Positions 49,733 to 60,732 of a stretch of 64,000 nt of DNA are shown one piece after another (position 1 is the stretch's first letter; the number at the start of each line of letters is the position of its first letter). The position numbers and the translations under genes are program-made. The DNA lies in NCBI GenBank assembly GCA_965222615.1, contig CBDCUI010000009.1:448001-512000 (forward strand), given 5' to 3'. Under the pieces are notes generated by a model. That model worked only from the letters and a program-made list of their open reading frames with translations, made no database searches and had not been told where the DNA came from. The stretch is from Gammaproteobacteria bacterium. Lineage in GTDB: Bacteria > Pseudomonadota > Gammaproteobacteria > UBA4575.

Positions 49733-50413
49733 ATGAAAATCTTACTAGTTGAGGATGACCAAGTAATCGCTAATTTCATTCAAAAAGGAATGAAAGAGGC
49801 AGGCTTTGCAATTGAACATATGCCAGATGGTCAAACTGGTTTAAGTGCTGCATTAAACCATGCATATGATCTAGCGATTATTGATTTAATGTTACCTAAA
49901 CTAGATGGCCTATCCATTATTGATCGACTTCGTGAAAAGAAAATAAATCTTCCCATCATTATATTAAGTGCAAAACGAACGGTTGATGATCGAATTGATG
50001 GCCTACAACATGGCAGTGATGATTATATTACTAAGCCGTTTTCTTTTAGCGAATTATTAGCGCGGGTAGAAGCATTATTACGAAGATCCAAAAATACTGT
50101 TGAACCAACAAGTTTAAGTATTAGTGATCTTTCACTAGATTTGTTAGCACGTACAGTAGTTAGAGATAATAAAAAAATTGACCTTCAGCCTAAAGAGTTT
50201 GCTTTGCTCGAATATCTAATTCGCAATTCAGGCCATGTCGTTTCAAAAACCATGATAATGGAGCGTGTGTGGAATTATGATTTTGATCCAGGCACAAATG
50301 TTGTTGAAGCTCGCATAAGTAAACTTAGAGAAAAAATAGATAAAGGATTTAAGTTTCCTTTAATTCATACGGTCAGAGGCTTGGGATATGTTCTCAAAGA
50401 AAGAGATGTTTAA
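49733..50413 (+). CDS. Heavy-metal-type response regulator (CzcR/CusR-like)
   Basis: VEDD, DLMLP.LDG, DDYITKPF, VWNYDFDPGTNVVEA. Confidence 0.92.
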   Translation: MKILLVEDDQVIANFIQKGMKEAGFAIEHMPDGQTGLSAALNHAYDLAIIDLMLPKLDGLSIIDRLREKKINLPIIILSAKRTVDDRIDGLQHGSDDYITKPFSFSELLARVEALLRRSKNTVEPTSLSISDLSLDLLARTVVRDNKKIDLQPKEFALLEYLIRNSGHVVSKTMIMERVWNYDFDPGTNVVEARISKLREKIDKGFKFPLIHTVRGLGYVLKERDV

Positions 50414-51806
50414 GCTGCCTAACACACTCTCATTTCGCCTAACACTCTGGTACGCATCAACCTTTATATTCATACTCCTAGTAGCGTTAGGAATTTTGTA
50501 TTTTATGATTAATACTACGCTTAACCATCGTATGGATGATGACCTTATCGAAGATGTTGAAGAATTTAGAACTCTTTATCAAAAAGGAGGTTACTCAGAA
50601 CTCCAACACGAGATAGAAAATGAAGCTTTAACTGATGACATGAGCGAAGAGTTCATTCGATTATTAGACTTAAAAGGAAATGAGTTATTTTCATCAGATT
50701 TATCACATTGGAGTGGGATGCACACAATTGAATCCACTCTTGAGCGTGCCATTGCATCTGACCCTGAACCGATCTTGGAAACAGTACAATTTCCTAACCA
50801 AGAAGCCAAAACGCGAATTGTTTATGGTCTCGTTACACCAGACATTATGCTACAGCTTGGCGAATCTCTTGAAGAAATAAATGAAATTATGGAGCTTTTA
50901 TCTCTAGTTTTTATACCATTATTTCTAATCGTAATACCAATAGCTACCTTTGCAGGTTGGAAAATTGCCAGGTATTCAACTAAGGGCATAGAAAAAGTTA
51001 GTTTTGCTGCAGCTGAATTACAAAAAGGAGATTTCGATTATCGTGTATCGATTCGTTCGCAAACAGATGAAATCCAGACTTTAGTCGATACGTTCAATAG
51101 TATGGCTGAGCGCATTCGTAACCTAATTACTGAAATGAGAGAGATGATTGATAATATCGCCCATGATCTTCGTAGCCCGCTAGGACGTATACGAGCATTC
51201 TCTGAAAGCGCTTTGTCCGGTTCAAACTCCGCTGAGGAATACAAATCTGCCGCCGCAAACACATTAGAAGAATGTGATCGTCTTATCCAAATGATAAACA
51301 CGACTCTCGATGTAGCCGAAGCCGATGCAGGTGTTGCAAACAATAAAAAAGAATGTATTGACCTTTCAAAAGTCGTTGAAGATGCTTGTGAACTTTTTGA
51401 ACCTGTTGCAGAAGAAAAAAATATAAAATTTTCATGGGAAATTATGCCTAGTCGCCAAATTTTAGGTAATAAACAAAATATTCAAAGAATGCTGTCTAAT
51501 CTATTGGATAATGCTATAAAATACACGCCACCAAATGGAACTGTTAATGTCAATTTGTCCAATAACGATAAAGAAGTTCAAATAATTATTAACGATTCTG
51601 GAATTGGTATACCAGAATCTGATCAGAGTAGAGTCTTTGAAAGATTCTTTCGCTGCGATAACAGTCGAACAAATAGTGGTTGCGGACTTGGTTTAAGTTT
51701 GGCACAAGCAATCGCAAAGGCTCACAATGGCAACATCGAACTATCCAGTACTCCTAATAAAGGTAGTATATTTACAGTTATTATTCCCAAAACATCAAGC
51801 TTGTAA
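50388..51806 (+). CDS. Sensor histidine kinase (2 TM, HAMP, HisKA, HATPase)
   Basis: IAHDLRSPL, NLLDNAIKY, DSGIGI, GLGLS. Confidence 0.95.
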   Translation: MFSKKEMFKLPNTLSFRLTLWYASTFIFILLVALGILYFMINTTLNHRMDDDLIEDVEEFRTLYQKGGYSELQHEIENEALTDDMSEEFIRLLDLKGNELFSSDLSHWSGMHTIESTLERAIASDPEPILETVQFPNQEAKTRIVYGLVTPDIMLQLGESLEEINEIMELLSLVFIPLFLIVIPIATFAGWKIARYSTKGIEKVSFAAAELQKGDFDYRVSIRSQTDEIQTLVDTFNSMAERIRNLITEMREMIDNIAHDLRSPLGRIRAFSESALSGSNSAEEYKSAAANTLEECDRLIQMINTTLDVAEADAGVANNKKECIDLSKVVEDACELFEPVAEEKNIKFSWEIMPSRQILGNKQNIQRMLSNLLDNAIKYTPPNGTVNVNLSNNDKEVQIIINDSGIGIPESDQSRVFERFFRCDNSRTNSGCGLGLSLAQAIAKAHNGNIELSSTPNKGSIFTVIIPKTSSL

Positions 51807-51824
51807 ATTGTACTAAACCTTAAA

Positions 51825-51840
51825 ATTACCAATTGGTAAT
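51825..51840. promoter_or_regulatory. ATTAC-N6-GTAAT box (CzcR-like); one of six copies
   Basis: Perfect ATTACCAATTGGTAAT; other copies at 48309, 49566, 52423, 52449 and 55424. Confidence 0.7.
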
Positions 51841-51938
51841 GTATGTATTAGTGTCTCGTTAACTTAGCGCTGTATCTTCATGTCTAAGTAAATAACTTTA
51901 CTTTTATAAGAAAATCTCAAGAGTAAATAAACTAAGTT

Positions 51939-52370
51939 ATGAAATTAAAGCTCGCAAAGAATAAATTCACATATATAGAAGAGCTTGTACTAGAGCAATT
52001 TATCATTCGCAACAGGAGACATTCAGATTTAATTAAAGCTCAAATCAATCATGCCAAAATCGAATCTAGATCAATTTCCAAAGTAGGATTTATAACAAAT
52101 TTTTCTATCCCAGCGCATATTCCTACCTTAAATAGCTTGAATGCAAACAAAGCATTAGAAGTCTATGCAGACCACCCAGATGCTCTGGCCGGCGCAGGCT
52201 TTTTTCTTTGGTTTGAAGATGGAAAACTCAGCACACTTGAAGGCTATGTATTTATAGGCGACTGGCCTATAAATGAACTAAAATTTAGGATTATCACAAA
52301 GTACGATTCTTTATGTGGAGATCTTGTGAATTCTAAACATTTTACCAATTCCACTAACTGCTTTATATAG
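51939..52370 (+). CDS. Hypothetical protein
   Basis: 143-aa ORF with GF.LW.EDG.L..LEGY....WP pattern; function unknown. Confidence 0.6.
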   Translation: MKLKLAKNKFTYIEELVLEQFIIRNRRHSDLIKAQINHAKIESRSISKVGFITNFSIPAHIPTLNSLNANKALEVYADHPDALAGAGFFLWFEDGKLSTLEGYVFIGDWPINELKFRIITKYDSLCGDLVNSKHFTNSTNCFI

Positions 52371-52545
52371 CATTACTAAAAATTACCCACCAAACTAGGT
52401 TTAAAACTATAAATACGCTTATATTACAATTTGGTAAAAATATAAAACATTACCAATTGATAATAAAACTATAAGTCTTAAGTAAGCTTGGTTGTGTAAG
52501 TTTCATTTGTGTAAAAACACATGAAATTTATGTTGGAGCATAGCC

Positions 52546-53568
52546 ATGAAATATTCTTACAAAAAGCTAAACAAAATAGCTCTTCTATTATTTTTATTTT
52601 TATTTACTACAAATGTATATGCGGGCCATGGTGAAAACAGTCCACGCATATGTACTAAAACTGCAAAATTTTTGAAATCTGCATGCGATCTTGAAGTAAA
52701 CAATTCCTATTTATCAGGTCTTGCTATTTGCTTGAATATAACTGACGAAGAACAGCGCGGTGATTGCTTCAAAGAGTCAAGAATAGCGCAACGTGAAGCA
52801 CGCAAAGAATGTCGCCAAGTTTTACGCGCGCGTAAAAGTTTGTGTAGGGATATCGGGCAGGACCCATATGATCCACCATTTGGTGAGGATTTTGCTGATA
52901 ACTTTGTAAATCCGCTTGAAATTGGCAAGACTATTTCTGCAAACCCATACTTTCCTCTTGTAACAGGAAACCAATGGGTATACGAAGGAACCAGTATCAA
53001 CGATGAGGGTGAAGAGGAAACAGAAACCATTACGGTAACAGTTACGGACAAAACTAAACTCATCGATGGAATAACTTGTGTTGTTGTTAATGACGTTGCA
53101 GTTGTTGATGGTGAAGTTGTCGAAAATACTGACGATTGGTATGCACAAGATATCGATGGAAATGTTTGGTACTGTGGTGAAATCGCAGAAAACTTTGAAA
53201 CATTTGACGGTGACGAACCTGCATTACCCGAACTTACAGATATTGATGGCTCCTGGAAGGCCGGCCGAGATGGTGCCAAAGCCGGCATTCTTTTGCCTTT
53301 TTTACCACAAGTTGGTGAAGTTATCCGTCAAGAAGTAGCATGGGGTGATGCTGAAGATGTCATAGAAATCCTTTCTTTAGATGGAACAGAGTCTTCGCCT
53401 GTTGCATCTTGTGATAGTAGTTGCTTGGTTACACGTGATTTCACACCTCTAGATTCTACTGCTAACGAAAGTAAGTTTTATGTTCCTGGTGTTGGGTTAA
53501 TTGTAGAAATAGATCTCAATACCGGTGAACGTAAAGTTGAACTCATAGAGTTTACTAACTCACAATAA
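52546..53568 (+). CDS. Secreted acidic protein of unknown function
   Basis: Signal peptide, Cys-containing helical N-domain, NPYFPL, DWYAQD.DGNVWY.GE, GSWKAG.DGAKAG. Confidence 0.8.
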   Translation: MKYSYKKLNKIALLLFLFLFTTNVYAGHGENSPRICTKTAKFLKSACDLEVNNSYLSGLAICLNITDEEQRGDCFKESRIAQREARKECRQVLRARKSLCRDIGQDPYDPPFGEDFADNFVNPLEIGKTISANPYFPLVTGNQWVYEGTSINDEGEEETETITVTVTDKTKLIDGITCVVVNDVAVVDGEVVENTDDWYAQDIDGNVWYCGEIAENFETFDGDEPALPELTDIDGSWKAGRDGAKAGILLPFLPQVGEVIRQEVAWGDAEDVIEILSLDGTESSPVASCDSSCLVTRDFTPLDSTANESKFYVPGVGLIVEIDLNTGERKVELIEFTNSQ

Positions 53569-53585
53569 TATTTACTACTTGAGCA

Positions 53586-53613
53586 TGGTAGTGGAGCTGT
53601 TACTCCACTACCA
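53586..53613. terminator. Stem-loop after the secreted-protein gene
   Basis: Perfect 11-bp stem TGGTAGTGGAG-N6-CTCCACTACCA without a U-tract. Confidence 0.5.
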
Positions 53614-53637
53614 ACCCTTAAGCTAAGTAATATCAAA

Positions 53638-54594
53638 ATGACTGGAAGCCATCAATTGGATCTTTCAGTAATAATACCCAGCTTTAACTATGCAGAGTTT
53701 ATTGAAACCGCAATTAATTCAGTCATTGATCAAGCCTATAATGCAAAAGAAATAATTGTAGTCGATGATGGCTCTACAGATAATACCAAAGAAATTATAA
53801 AACAATTACAAGATAAGTATTCCAAAAACAATATTAAATATTTTTTCCAAAATAATAAGGGTGTATCTGCAGCACGTAATTATGGTTACAAAAAATCAAA
53901 TAGTAAATATTTAATGTTCTTGGATGCAGATGATAAGTTGCTTCCAGATGCATTTGTGAAAATCTATTTGGGAATTAATACTAATAAAGAAGCAGATATG
54001 ATTTTTGGTGGCTATCGTGGAATAAATTATAGTGGAAAAATATACAAGCGATACCCATCAAAGTTAAGTATAAACAAGTTCGAAAATATAGACGACGTTC
54101 TTAATGGAAGGATGGCAGGTATTAGGCCAAGCTCAACCATATTAAAACGGTGTGTATTGGATAAATTAAATTTTCCAGAACAAGTGCATGTAGAAGAAGA
54201 TGCTTTATTTTTTGCACATGTATTTGCTAATTTCAAGTGCATCTCAATACCAGAAATTTTAGTGGAAATGCCGAGACATTTGGGAAGTCTACGTGAGAAC
54301 TATAAGCGTATCTTAGAATCTGGAACACATGGCATTGACGAGCTTTTCGATAAATTACCAAATAACGATACGGCTAAAATTATTAAACAACGTGTATATA
54401 TGAGGCGATATCTGAAAATTGCACGAAAAGCCTGCATTTCCCATGACTATAAAATTGCTACGCAAAACTATATACATGCATTTCAGCTAAACCCAAACTC
54501 TATCCTCAACACTAAGCATTTTCCTAGAATGATAAAAAGTATATTAATGAATTTCATAAAATTGCCCATAGTCACTGAAAGACAACATAACTAA
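53638..54594 (+). CDS. Glycosyltransferase family 2
   Basis: SVIIPSFN, VVDDGSTD, GVSAARN, FLDADD. Confidence 0.93.
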   Translation: MTGSHQLDLSVIIPSFNYAEFIETAINSVIDQAYNAKEIIVVDDGSTDNTKEIIKQLQDKYSKNNIKYFFQNNKGVSAARNYGYKKSNSKYLMFLDADDKLLPDAFVKIYLGINTNKEADMIFGGYRGINYSGKIYKRYPSKLSINKFENIDDVLNGRMAGIRPSSTILKRCVLDKLNFPEQVHVEEDALFFAHVFANFKCISIPEILVEMPRHLGSLRENYKRILESGTHGIDELFDKLPNNDTAKIIKQRVYMRRYLKIARKACISHDYKIATQNYIHAFQLNPNSILNTKHFPRMIKSILMNFIKLPIVTERQHN

Positions 54595-55313
54595 GGTTTA
54601 ACCATTACACAATCCATCTCAATGAGCTCTAATGAACTTTTATCACGATTCACTGGATACATTCCTGTAATTGAAAAGCCAGCATACTTACAAAACTTTA
54701 ATACCTCTTCATAAGATGGGACCTCATCATAAATAGGTTTCAAGGCGATTTCTGTTTGTATCATCTTGAATTCAGACAATACATCTTGAGCACCTTTTAA
54801 TATTTGTAGGTCATGGCCTTGTGTATCAATTTTTAATAAACAGGTGTGTATATCAACAGGAATAGACTTATTATAAATAAACTCATCTAACGTCTTCATT
54901 TCAACCCTCTCTGTTCTAACAATATCTGAATACTCACCACCGAATTGTTTACCATATTCATTGAATTCATATAATGAGGACATGTAATCGAGGTTAGAAA
55001 TAGAAAGTGTTATGGATTTAGACTTAGAGCCTAACGCACACTTATAACAATGCCAATTAGGATCTTTTTCACAGACACCAGATAATTTAGCAAAAGCCTG
55101 ACTCCCTGGTTCAATTGAATAAATTATTCCTTGATAACCATTTTTCCTTAACAACTGCGCAAACTGGCCTTTATTTGCACCGACATCAATTACCAAATCA
55201 ATCGCGTAATGTTGAATTACTTTACTGAGATGAGAACAAAGCGTGAGTTCGCAAATTTTAGGTCTTTCTAGTTCGTATCCAAACTTATTCGCAACTATTC
55301 GTGCAATATTCAT
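54591..55313 (-). CDS. FkbM family methyltransferase
   Basis: VIDVGANKGQF, IEP, LKIDTQGHD..ILKGA. Confidence 0.9.
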   Translation of the reverse strand: MNIARIVANKFGYELERPKICELTLCSHLSKVIQHYAIDLVIDVGANKGQFAQLLRKNGYQGIIYSIEPGSQAFAKLSGVCEKDPNWHCYKCALGSKSKSITLSISNLDYMSSLYEFNEYGKQFGGEYSDIVRTERVEMKTLDEFIYNKSIPVDIHTCLLKIDTQGHDLQILKGAQDVLSEFKMIQTEIALKPIYDEVPSYEEVLKFCKYAGFSITGMYPVNRDKSSLELIEMDCVMVKP

Positions 55314-55451
55314 ATAGACAATGAATACCAATAACAAATTTATTCATTAATAAATAAAACAGATAGAATGATGATACAGCTTTTTTGAATTGAAAAACTG
55401 ATCTTGAGCTGTAATTTCTGGAAATTACTAAATGGTAATGTTTATAACAAT

Positions 55452-55694
55452 TTATTTTATATGTTCAATTTTATTGTATAGAGAATTTAGCTCATCTTCT
55501 AGGGAACAATTGGGTCTTTGTGAACCTGCACGTTGGTACCAATAATCGGCATTGTTTAAATCGCCTTCGGCTCGATGAATATAAGCGTGTATTAAACAAG
55601 ACAACCCATCTGTATAAGGTTGAACCAGTTTATGGGCTGCTTCTAAGTGGCCATTTTTAGCTAAATTCAGTGCTTGGAAATAATCACAGGACAT
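55452..55694 (-). CDS. Conserved small hypothetical protein
   Basis: AH.LVQ, IHAYIHR.EGD..NA.YWY.RAG motif. Confidence 0.75.
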   Translation of the reverse strand: MSCDYFQALNLAKNGHLEAAHKLVQPYTDGLSCLIHAYIHRAEGDLNNADYWYQRAGSQRPNCSLEDELNSLYNKIEHIK

Positions 55695-55831
55695 TGTGGG
55701 TATTAGTTTCACTCCAATCTCATTGCTATCCACGGCCTAGCCATAATTTAAAATCCTTACCATCACCGACACTCTCGATTAACGTATGGCCCCATGAAAT
55801 ATTTCTTATTTTAGGTGACATTGCTTCACTA

Positions 55832-57403
55832 TTATTTTTCCTTATCACTCTTTACAAGATCAATATCTGAACCAGATATAGTATAACTTCCAGCTTCAGC
55901 ATACATATATGTTGGACGCATGTGGGGAAATAAAATGACATCGCGGATCGAGTGTGAATCGGTGAACAACATGACTAAACGATCAATTCCTATACCTTCA
56001 CCAGCAGTAGGAGGCAATCCATACTCTAATGCGCGAATGTAATCTTCGTCATAGTGCATAGCCTCATCATCGCCAGCCTCTTTCTCTGCAACTTGTGCTC
56101 TAAAACGCTCGGCTTGGTCTTCAGGGTCATTTAATTCAGAAAAACCATTGGCGATTTCACGTCCACCTACAAAAAATTCAAAACGATCGGTTACAAATGG
56201 GTCATCATCATTTTTACGTGCTAAAGGCGACACTTCAGTCGGATAGGCTGTAATAAATGTAGGATCTTTAAGTTTTTCTTCTACCGTTTTTTCAAAGATC
56301 TCTATTTGAATTTTCCCTAATCCATAATTACCTTTTATCGGTATACCAAGTTGCTCGGCCACTATTTTAGCTTTGTCAAGATTATTCAAATCTTCTTCTG
56401 ATAAATTTGAATTAAAATGTAAAATCGATTCTTTTACCGTCATACGTGCGAATGGTTTACTGAAATCATAACTTTCCTCACCATAAACAATAGCCGTCGT
56501 ACCTAATACTTCATTGCATATACCACGCATCATTTCCTCAGTGAGATCCATTAAATCGTGATAGTCAGCATAGGCTTGATAAAATTCCAACATGGTAAAT
56601 TCTGGATTATGTCGAGTAGATAAGCCTTCGTTACGAAAACTTCGATTGATTTCAAATACGCGTTCTACTCCACCCACAACCAATCGCTTTAAATACAACT
56701 CTGGCGCAATACGCATATATAAAGGCATATCTAATGCATTGTGATGGGTAATAAACGGTCGTGCCACAGCACCGCCCGGAATCACTTGCATCATAGGAGT
56801 TTCTACTTCTACAAATCTGCGTTCAGTTAAAAAATCACGCAAGTACTGAATGATTTTTGTACGCATTACAAAAACCTTGCGTGATTCTTCGCTCATTATT
56901 AAATCTACATAACGTTGACGATAACGTTTTTCCGTATCGGTCAAACCATGAAACTTTTCTGGCAAAGGCCGTAGTGATTTAGTGAGAAGAATTGCTACTT
57001 GCATCTTTATATATAAATCACCTTTACCGGATTTATGAATTGGACCCTGTATTCCAATGATGTCGCCAATATCCCAAGTATCAATTTCTTTGACGAGATC
57101 TTTATCTAGACCTTTGCGATCAATATAGGCTTGTATACGACCCGACATATCTTGCAAAACTAAAAATGGCCCACGCTTAGCCATAATTCGACCTGCAATA
57201 GCAGCTTTTTTATCAAGTTCGACTAACTCTTCTTTGGATTTTTCAGCATATTGATCTTGTAAATCTTGCGCATAACTATCACGTCGAAAAACATTTGGAA
57301 ATGCATTTCCTTTTGCACGCAAATCATTCAGTTTTGCACGACGTTGTGCAATGAGTTTATTTTCATCAGCAGTTTGATCTTTAGTTTGATTTTTTTCTGA
57401 CAT
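55832..57403 (-). CDS. lysS: Lysine--tRNA ligase (class II)
   Basis: [24 protein letters not shown]...HNPEF, GIGIDRL. Confidence 0.99.
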   Translation of the reverse strand: MSEKNQTKDQTADENKLIAQRRAKLNDLRAKGNAFPNVFRRDSYAQDLQDQYAEKSKEELVELDKKAAIAGRIMAKRGPFLVLQDMSGRIQAYIDRKGLDKDLVKEIDTWDIGDIIGIQGPIHKSGKGDLYIKMQVAILLTKSLRPLPEKFHGLTDTEKRYRQRYVDLIMSEESRKVFVMRTKIIQYLRDFLTERRFVEVETPMMQVIPGGAVARPFITHHNALDMPLYMRIAPELYLKRLVVGGVERVFEINRSFRNEGLSTRHNPEFTMLEFYQAYADYHDLMDLTEEMMRGICNEVLGTTAIVYGEESYDFSKPFARMTVKESILHFNSNLSEEDLNNLDKAKIVAEQLGIPIKGNYGLGKIQIEIFEKTVEEKLKDPTFITAYPTEVSPLARKNDDDPFVTDRFEFFVGGREIANGFSELNDPEDQAERFRAQVAEKEAGDDEAMHYDEDYIRALEYGLPPTAGEGIGIDRLVMLFTDSHSIRDVILFPHMRPTYMYAEAGSYTISGSDIDLVKSDKEK

Positions 57404-57415
57404 TTTTAAACTGAA

Positions 57416-57550
57416 TAAAAAAGCTCTGATTTATTAACGAAGTGGCTGCTATTAGGAAAAAAATATAGAGAAAGCGGAGTGTATATGAAGATACATGAGC
57501 ATTTCGATATATTTTTTAACAACATAGCAGATTAAATCAGAGCTTTTCTA
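57416..57550. repeat. RPE-like palindromic element between prfB and lysS
   Basis: IR TARAAAAGCTCTGATTT containing the prfB TAG; core GCGGAGTGTATATG-N3-ATACATGAGCA. Confidence 0.85.
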
Positions 57551-58643
57551 TAAACCTGACTTGAGACTAGCTTCTATAAATTTATCCAGATCACCGTCCA
57601 GTACGGCTTGCGTATTTCCCGTTTCCACCGAAGTGCGCAAATCTTTTATACGTGATTGATCCAAGACATAGGAACGAATCTGGCTGCCCCAGCCAATATC
57701 TGCTTTATTATCTTCTATTTCCTGTTGTTCTCCCTGCCTTTTTTGGATCTCCAGTTCATACAACTTTGCTTTCAATTGCTTCATTGCAACATCTTTATTC
57801 TTATGTTGCGAGCGATCATTTTGACATTGAGTCACAACACCTGTAGGCAAGTGAGTGATGCGTACTGCCGATTCTGTTTTATTAACGTGCTGCCCGCCTG
57901 CGCCACTGGCACGATACACATCGATACGCAAATCGGCAGGATTGATTTCAATATCGATATCATCGTCAATTTCAGGTGAAACAAACACCGCAGCGAATGA
58001 GGTATGTCTGCGATTCCCTGAATCGAATGGAGACTTGCGTACCAAACGATGTACTCCGGTTTCAGTCCTTAACCAGCCGAATGCATATTCTCCATCAAAT
58101 TTAATCGTAGCACTTTTAATACCGGCTACTTCACCGGGCGATACTTCTATTAATTCGGTTTTAAACCCTTTACGCTCGCCCCAGCGTAGATACATGCGCA
58201 ACAACATCTCGGCCCAATCCTGCGCCTCAGTACCGCCCGATCCAGACTGCACGTCTAAAAATGCATTATTAGGATCCATTTCGCCGGAAAACATTCGTCG
58301 AAACTCCAGAGCAGCCACTCTTTCTTCCAGCTCCGATAAATCTTTTTCAATGTCTTTTAATGTCGCCTGATCTCCCTCTTCCACGGCTAATGAAAGTAGA
58401 TCTTTGGAATCCGTTACACCACTCTCAACATCCTCGATGGTTTTTACAACTGCTTCCAGATTGGCGCGTTCTTTTCCTAGTTTTTGTGCAAGTTCTGGCT
58501 GATTCCAGATATCAGGATCCTCCAGCTCGCGACTAACTTCATCCAAACGTTCACGCTTGTTTTCGTAGTCAAAGGTACCCCCTTAAGCTGGCAGAACGGG
58601 ATTGCAAATCTTCAATTAAATTTTGTAAGGGGTTAATTTCCAT
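57548..58643 (-). CDS. prfB: Peptide chain release factor 2 (programmed +1 frameshift)
   Basis: ATG at 58643; AGGGGG TAC CTT TGA C at 58583-58568; SPF and GGQ motifs. Confidence 0.98.
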
Positions 58644-58773
58644 TTCTTTTACCTATATATACTTATGCCTAGCTTGTAGAATGTGCGCGTATAGTAAAGT
58701 ATTTTGAACCTTAGCCATAGATGCAAAATCATTTTTAAAGGTTGGATTTGCGCATCTGACTCAAATTCAACAT

Positions 58774-60534
58774 CTATAAGTCGGCTGGTTCTAAATGCTG
58801 CACAATAAGCTGCGGAGAACGCACTCCTCTAAATTCATTAATCACAAGTTGATATGCGATTCGAATTTGGCTGACATCTTCATTCCAATGATATTTCTCG
58901 ATGTTAAAGGCAATCGCATCAATTTGTCGTTTCCCTTCACTTGGCATCAAACTTAGCTTTAAATGGTGTTGGCCTACGATGCGATGCTCAATTACATTAA
59001 AAATGCCATCAAATATAGGCTCGGGAAAACCTTGCCCCCATGGACCGGCTTGAAATAACATTTCAGCAATATCTAATGACATCTCATGTTCGTTTAGCTC
59101 TCCATCTGACAACAAAATTGCTTCTAGCTGTTCTGGCGTAACTAATTCTTCAATAGTTTGATTAAATACCGTTGCAAAATTTTCAAACTGATTTTTAGCA
59201 ATACAAAGCCCGGCTGCCATGGCATGCCCACCAAATGTTTTAATCAAGCCTGGATTGCGTGTTGCGATTAAATCTAAGGCATCACGAATATGTAGCCCTG
59301 GAATTGAACGAGCGGAACCTTTGAGCTTAGTCTCATTAGTTTGCGCAAATACAACTGTGGGACGATGAAATTTTTCTTTAATCCGTGCTGCCACAATACC
59401 ACTCACACCTTGGTGCCAGTCAGGATCGTATAATGCGATTCCAAATTGATAGTTAGCTATACCTTCAAGATTTTTTGTTTTGAGTACGTGCATTGCTTGT
59501 TTCTGCATATCTCTTTCGATTTGTTTACGCTCTTCATTTAGATCATTTAATTGTCTAGCAATCGCTGTTGCTTTAGATTCATCATCGGTGAGTAGGCATT
59601 CAATTCCCAAAGACATGTCTTCCAAGCGACCTGCGGCATTTAAACGTGGTCCTACAACAAAGCCAAGGTCACTTGCACTAACTCGTAAAAGGTTTTTTCC
59701 TGCGACACTGAGTAAAGCACGAACTCCAGCACAACATTTGTTTGCACGTATGCGTCGCAAGCCTTGTTCCACCAAAATTCGATTGTTGTAATCAAGCTTA
59801 GCTACGTCTGCCACAGTGCCTACCGCCACAATGTCTAAAAATTGCGCAAGATTCGGTTCCGCTAATTGCTTCTTTTCAAACCAACCCTTTGTACGAAGTA
59901 AAGCCCGCAGGGCCGAAAGCACATAAAACACTACCCCTACTCCAGCCAGATGCTTGCTTGGAAATTCGTCATTACGCTGATTAGGATTGATAATGACATC
60001 GGCCTCAGGTAATTCCTCGCCTGGGATGTGATGATCGGTAATTAATACATCTATACCCTTAGCTTTGGCAGCGGCAACACCCTCTATGCTGGAAATACCA
60101 TTGTCTACCGTAATGATCAGCGCTGGATTAGACTGTGCTGCCACTTCCACAATTTCTGGTGTGAGGCCATAACCATATTCAAATCGGTTGGGCACAAGAT
60201 AAGCAATATTGGAATAGCCAAAGCTATTCAATGCACGTAAGAACAAGGCCGTGCTGGTAGCTCCATCGGCATCAAAATCTCCTACAATGAGAATTAGTTG
60301 TTCATTCTGCATACATTGGTATATCAGCTTCACCCCAGCATCTACATTGAGCAACTTGCCTGGTGGTAAGGCTTTTGAAAGCGAATGATTGATTTCTTCT
60401 TCACTATTAATTCCACGCTGTGCATAAATACGCTGCAATATAGGTGGCAGTTCATTGAACTGCTCACTAATGGCAGTATCAGGGCGGCGTTTAATTGTGG
60501 TTATTTGGAATGACAAATTAAAATATAATCGCAA
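58774..60534 (-). CDS. recJ: ssDNA exonuclease RecJ (start approximate)
   Basis: GDFDADGAT, TVDNG, TDHH, GPRLNAAGRL, GGHAMAAG. Confidence 0.97.
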   Translation of the reverse strand: MRLYFNLSFQITTIKRRPDTAISEQFNELPPILQRIYAQRGINSEEEINHSLSKALPPGKLLNVDAGVKLIYQCMQNEQLILIVGDFDADGATSTALFLRALNSFGYSNIAYLVPNRFEYGYGLTPEIVEVAAQSNPALIITVDNGISSIEGVAAAKAKGIDVLITDHHIPGEELPEADVIINPNQRNDEFPSKHLAGVGVVFYVLSALRALLRTKGWFEKKQLAEPNLAQFLDIVAVGTVADVAKLDYNNRILVEQGLRRIRANKCCAGVRALLSVAGKNLLRVSASDLGFVVGPRLNAAGRLEDMSLGIECLLTDDESKATAIARQLNDLNEERKQIERDMQKQAMHVLKTKNLEGIANYQFGIALYDPDWHQGVSGIVAARIKEKFHRPTVVFAQTNETKLKGSARSIPGLHIRDALDLIATRNPGLIKTFGGHAMAAGLCIAKNQFENFATVFNQTIEELVTPEQLEAILLSDGELNEHEMSLDIAEMLFQAGPWGQGFPEPIFDGIFNVIEHRIVGQHHLKLSLMPSEGKRQIDAIAFNIEKYHWNEDVSQIRIAYQLVINEFRGVRSPQLIVQHLEPADL

Positions 60535-60732
60535 ACAAAATATTCTTTCATTAAATATACTTTCTCTGGCATTCTAAACAAGATGTTGAGTCTTCAAGCA
60601 AACCTTAGAAACTAATTTAAGTGTATCTAAAATAATTAAGGATATTATGGCCTTATAGATGCTTTCTTAAGTTGTTACTTGGTTAATTATTTTCATTATT
60701 ATTGATATATAGAAATCTCTAAACTCAAAACC

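Noticed and set aside
52707-53288. 193-aa antisense ORF, plus other short antisense or overlapping ORFs such as 57855-58370, 10079-10405 and 35713-36027
   Set aside because: These are shadows of well-supported genes on the opposite strand or in another frame, with no recognisable motifs.
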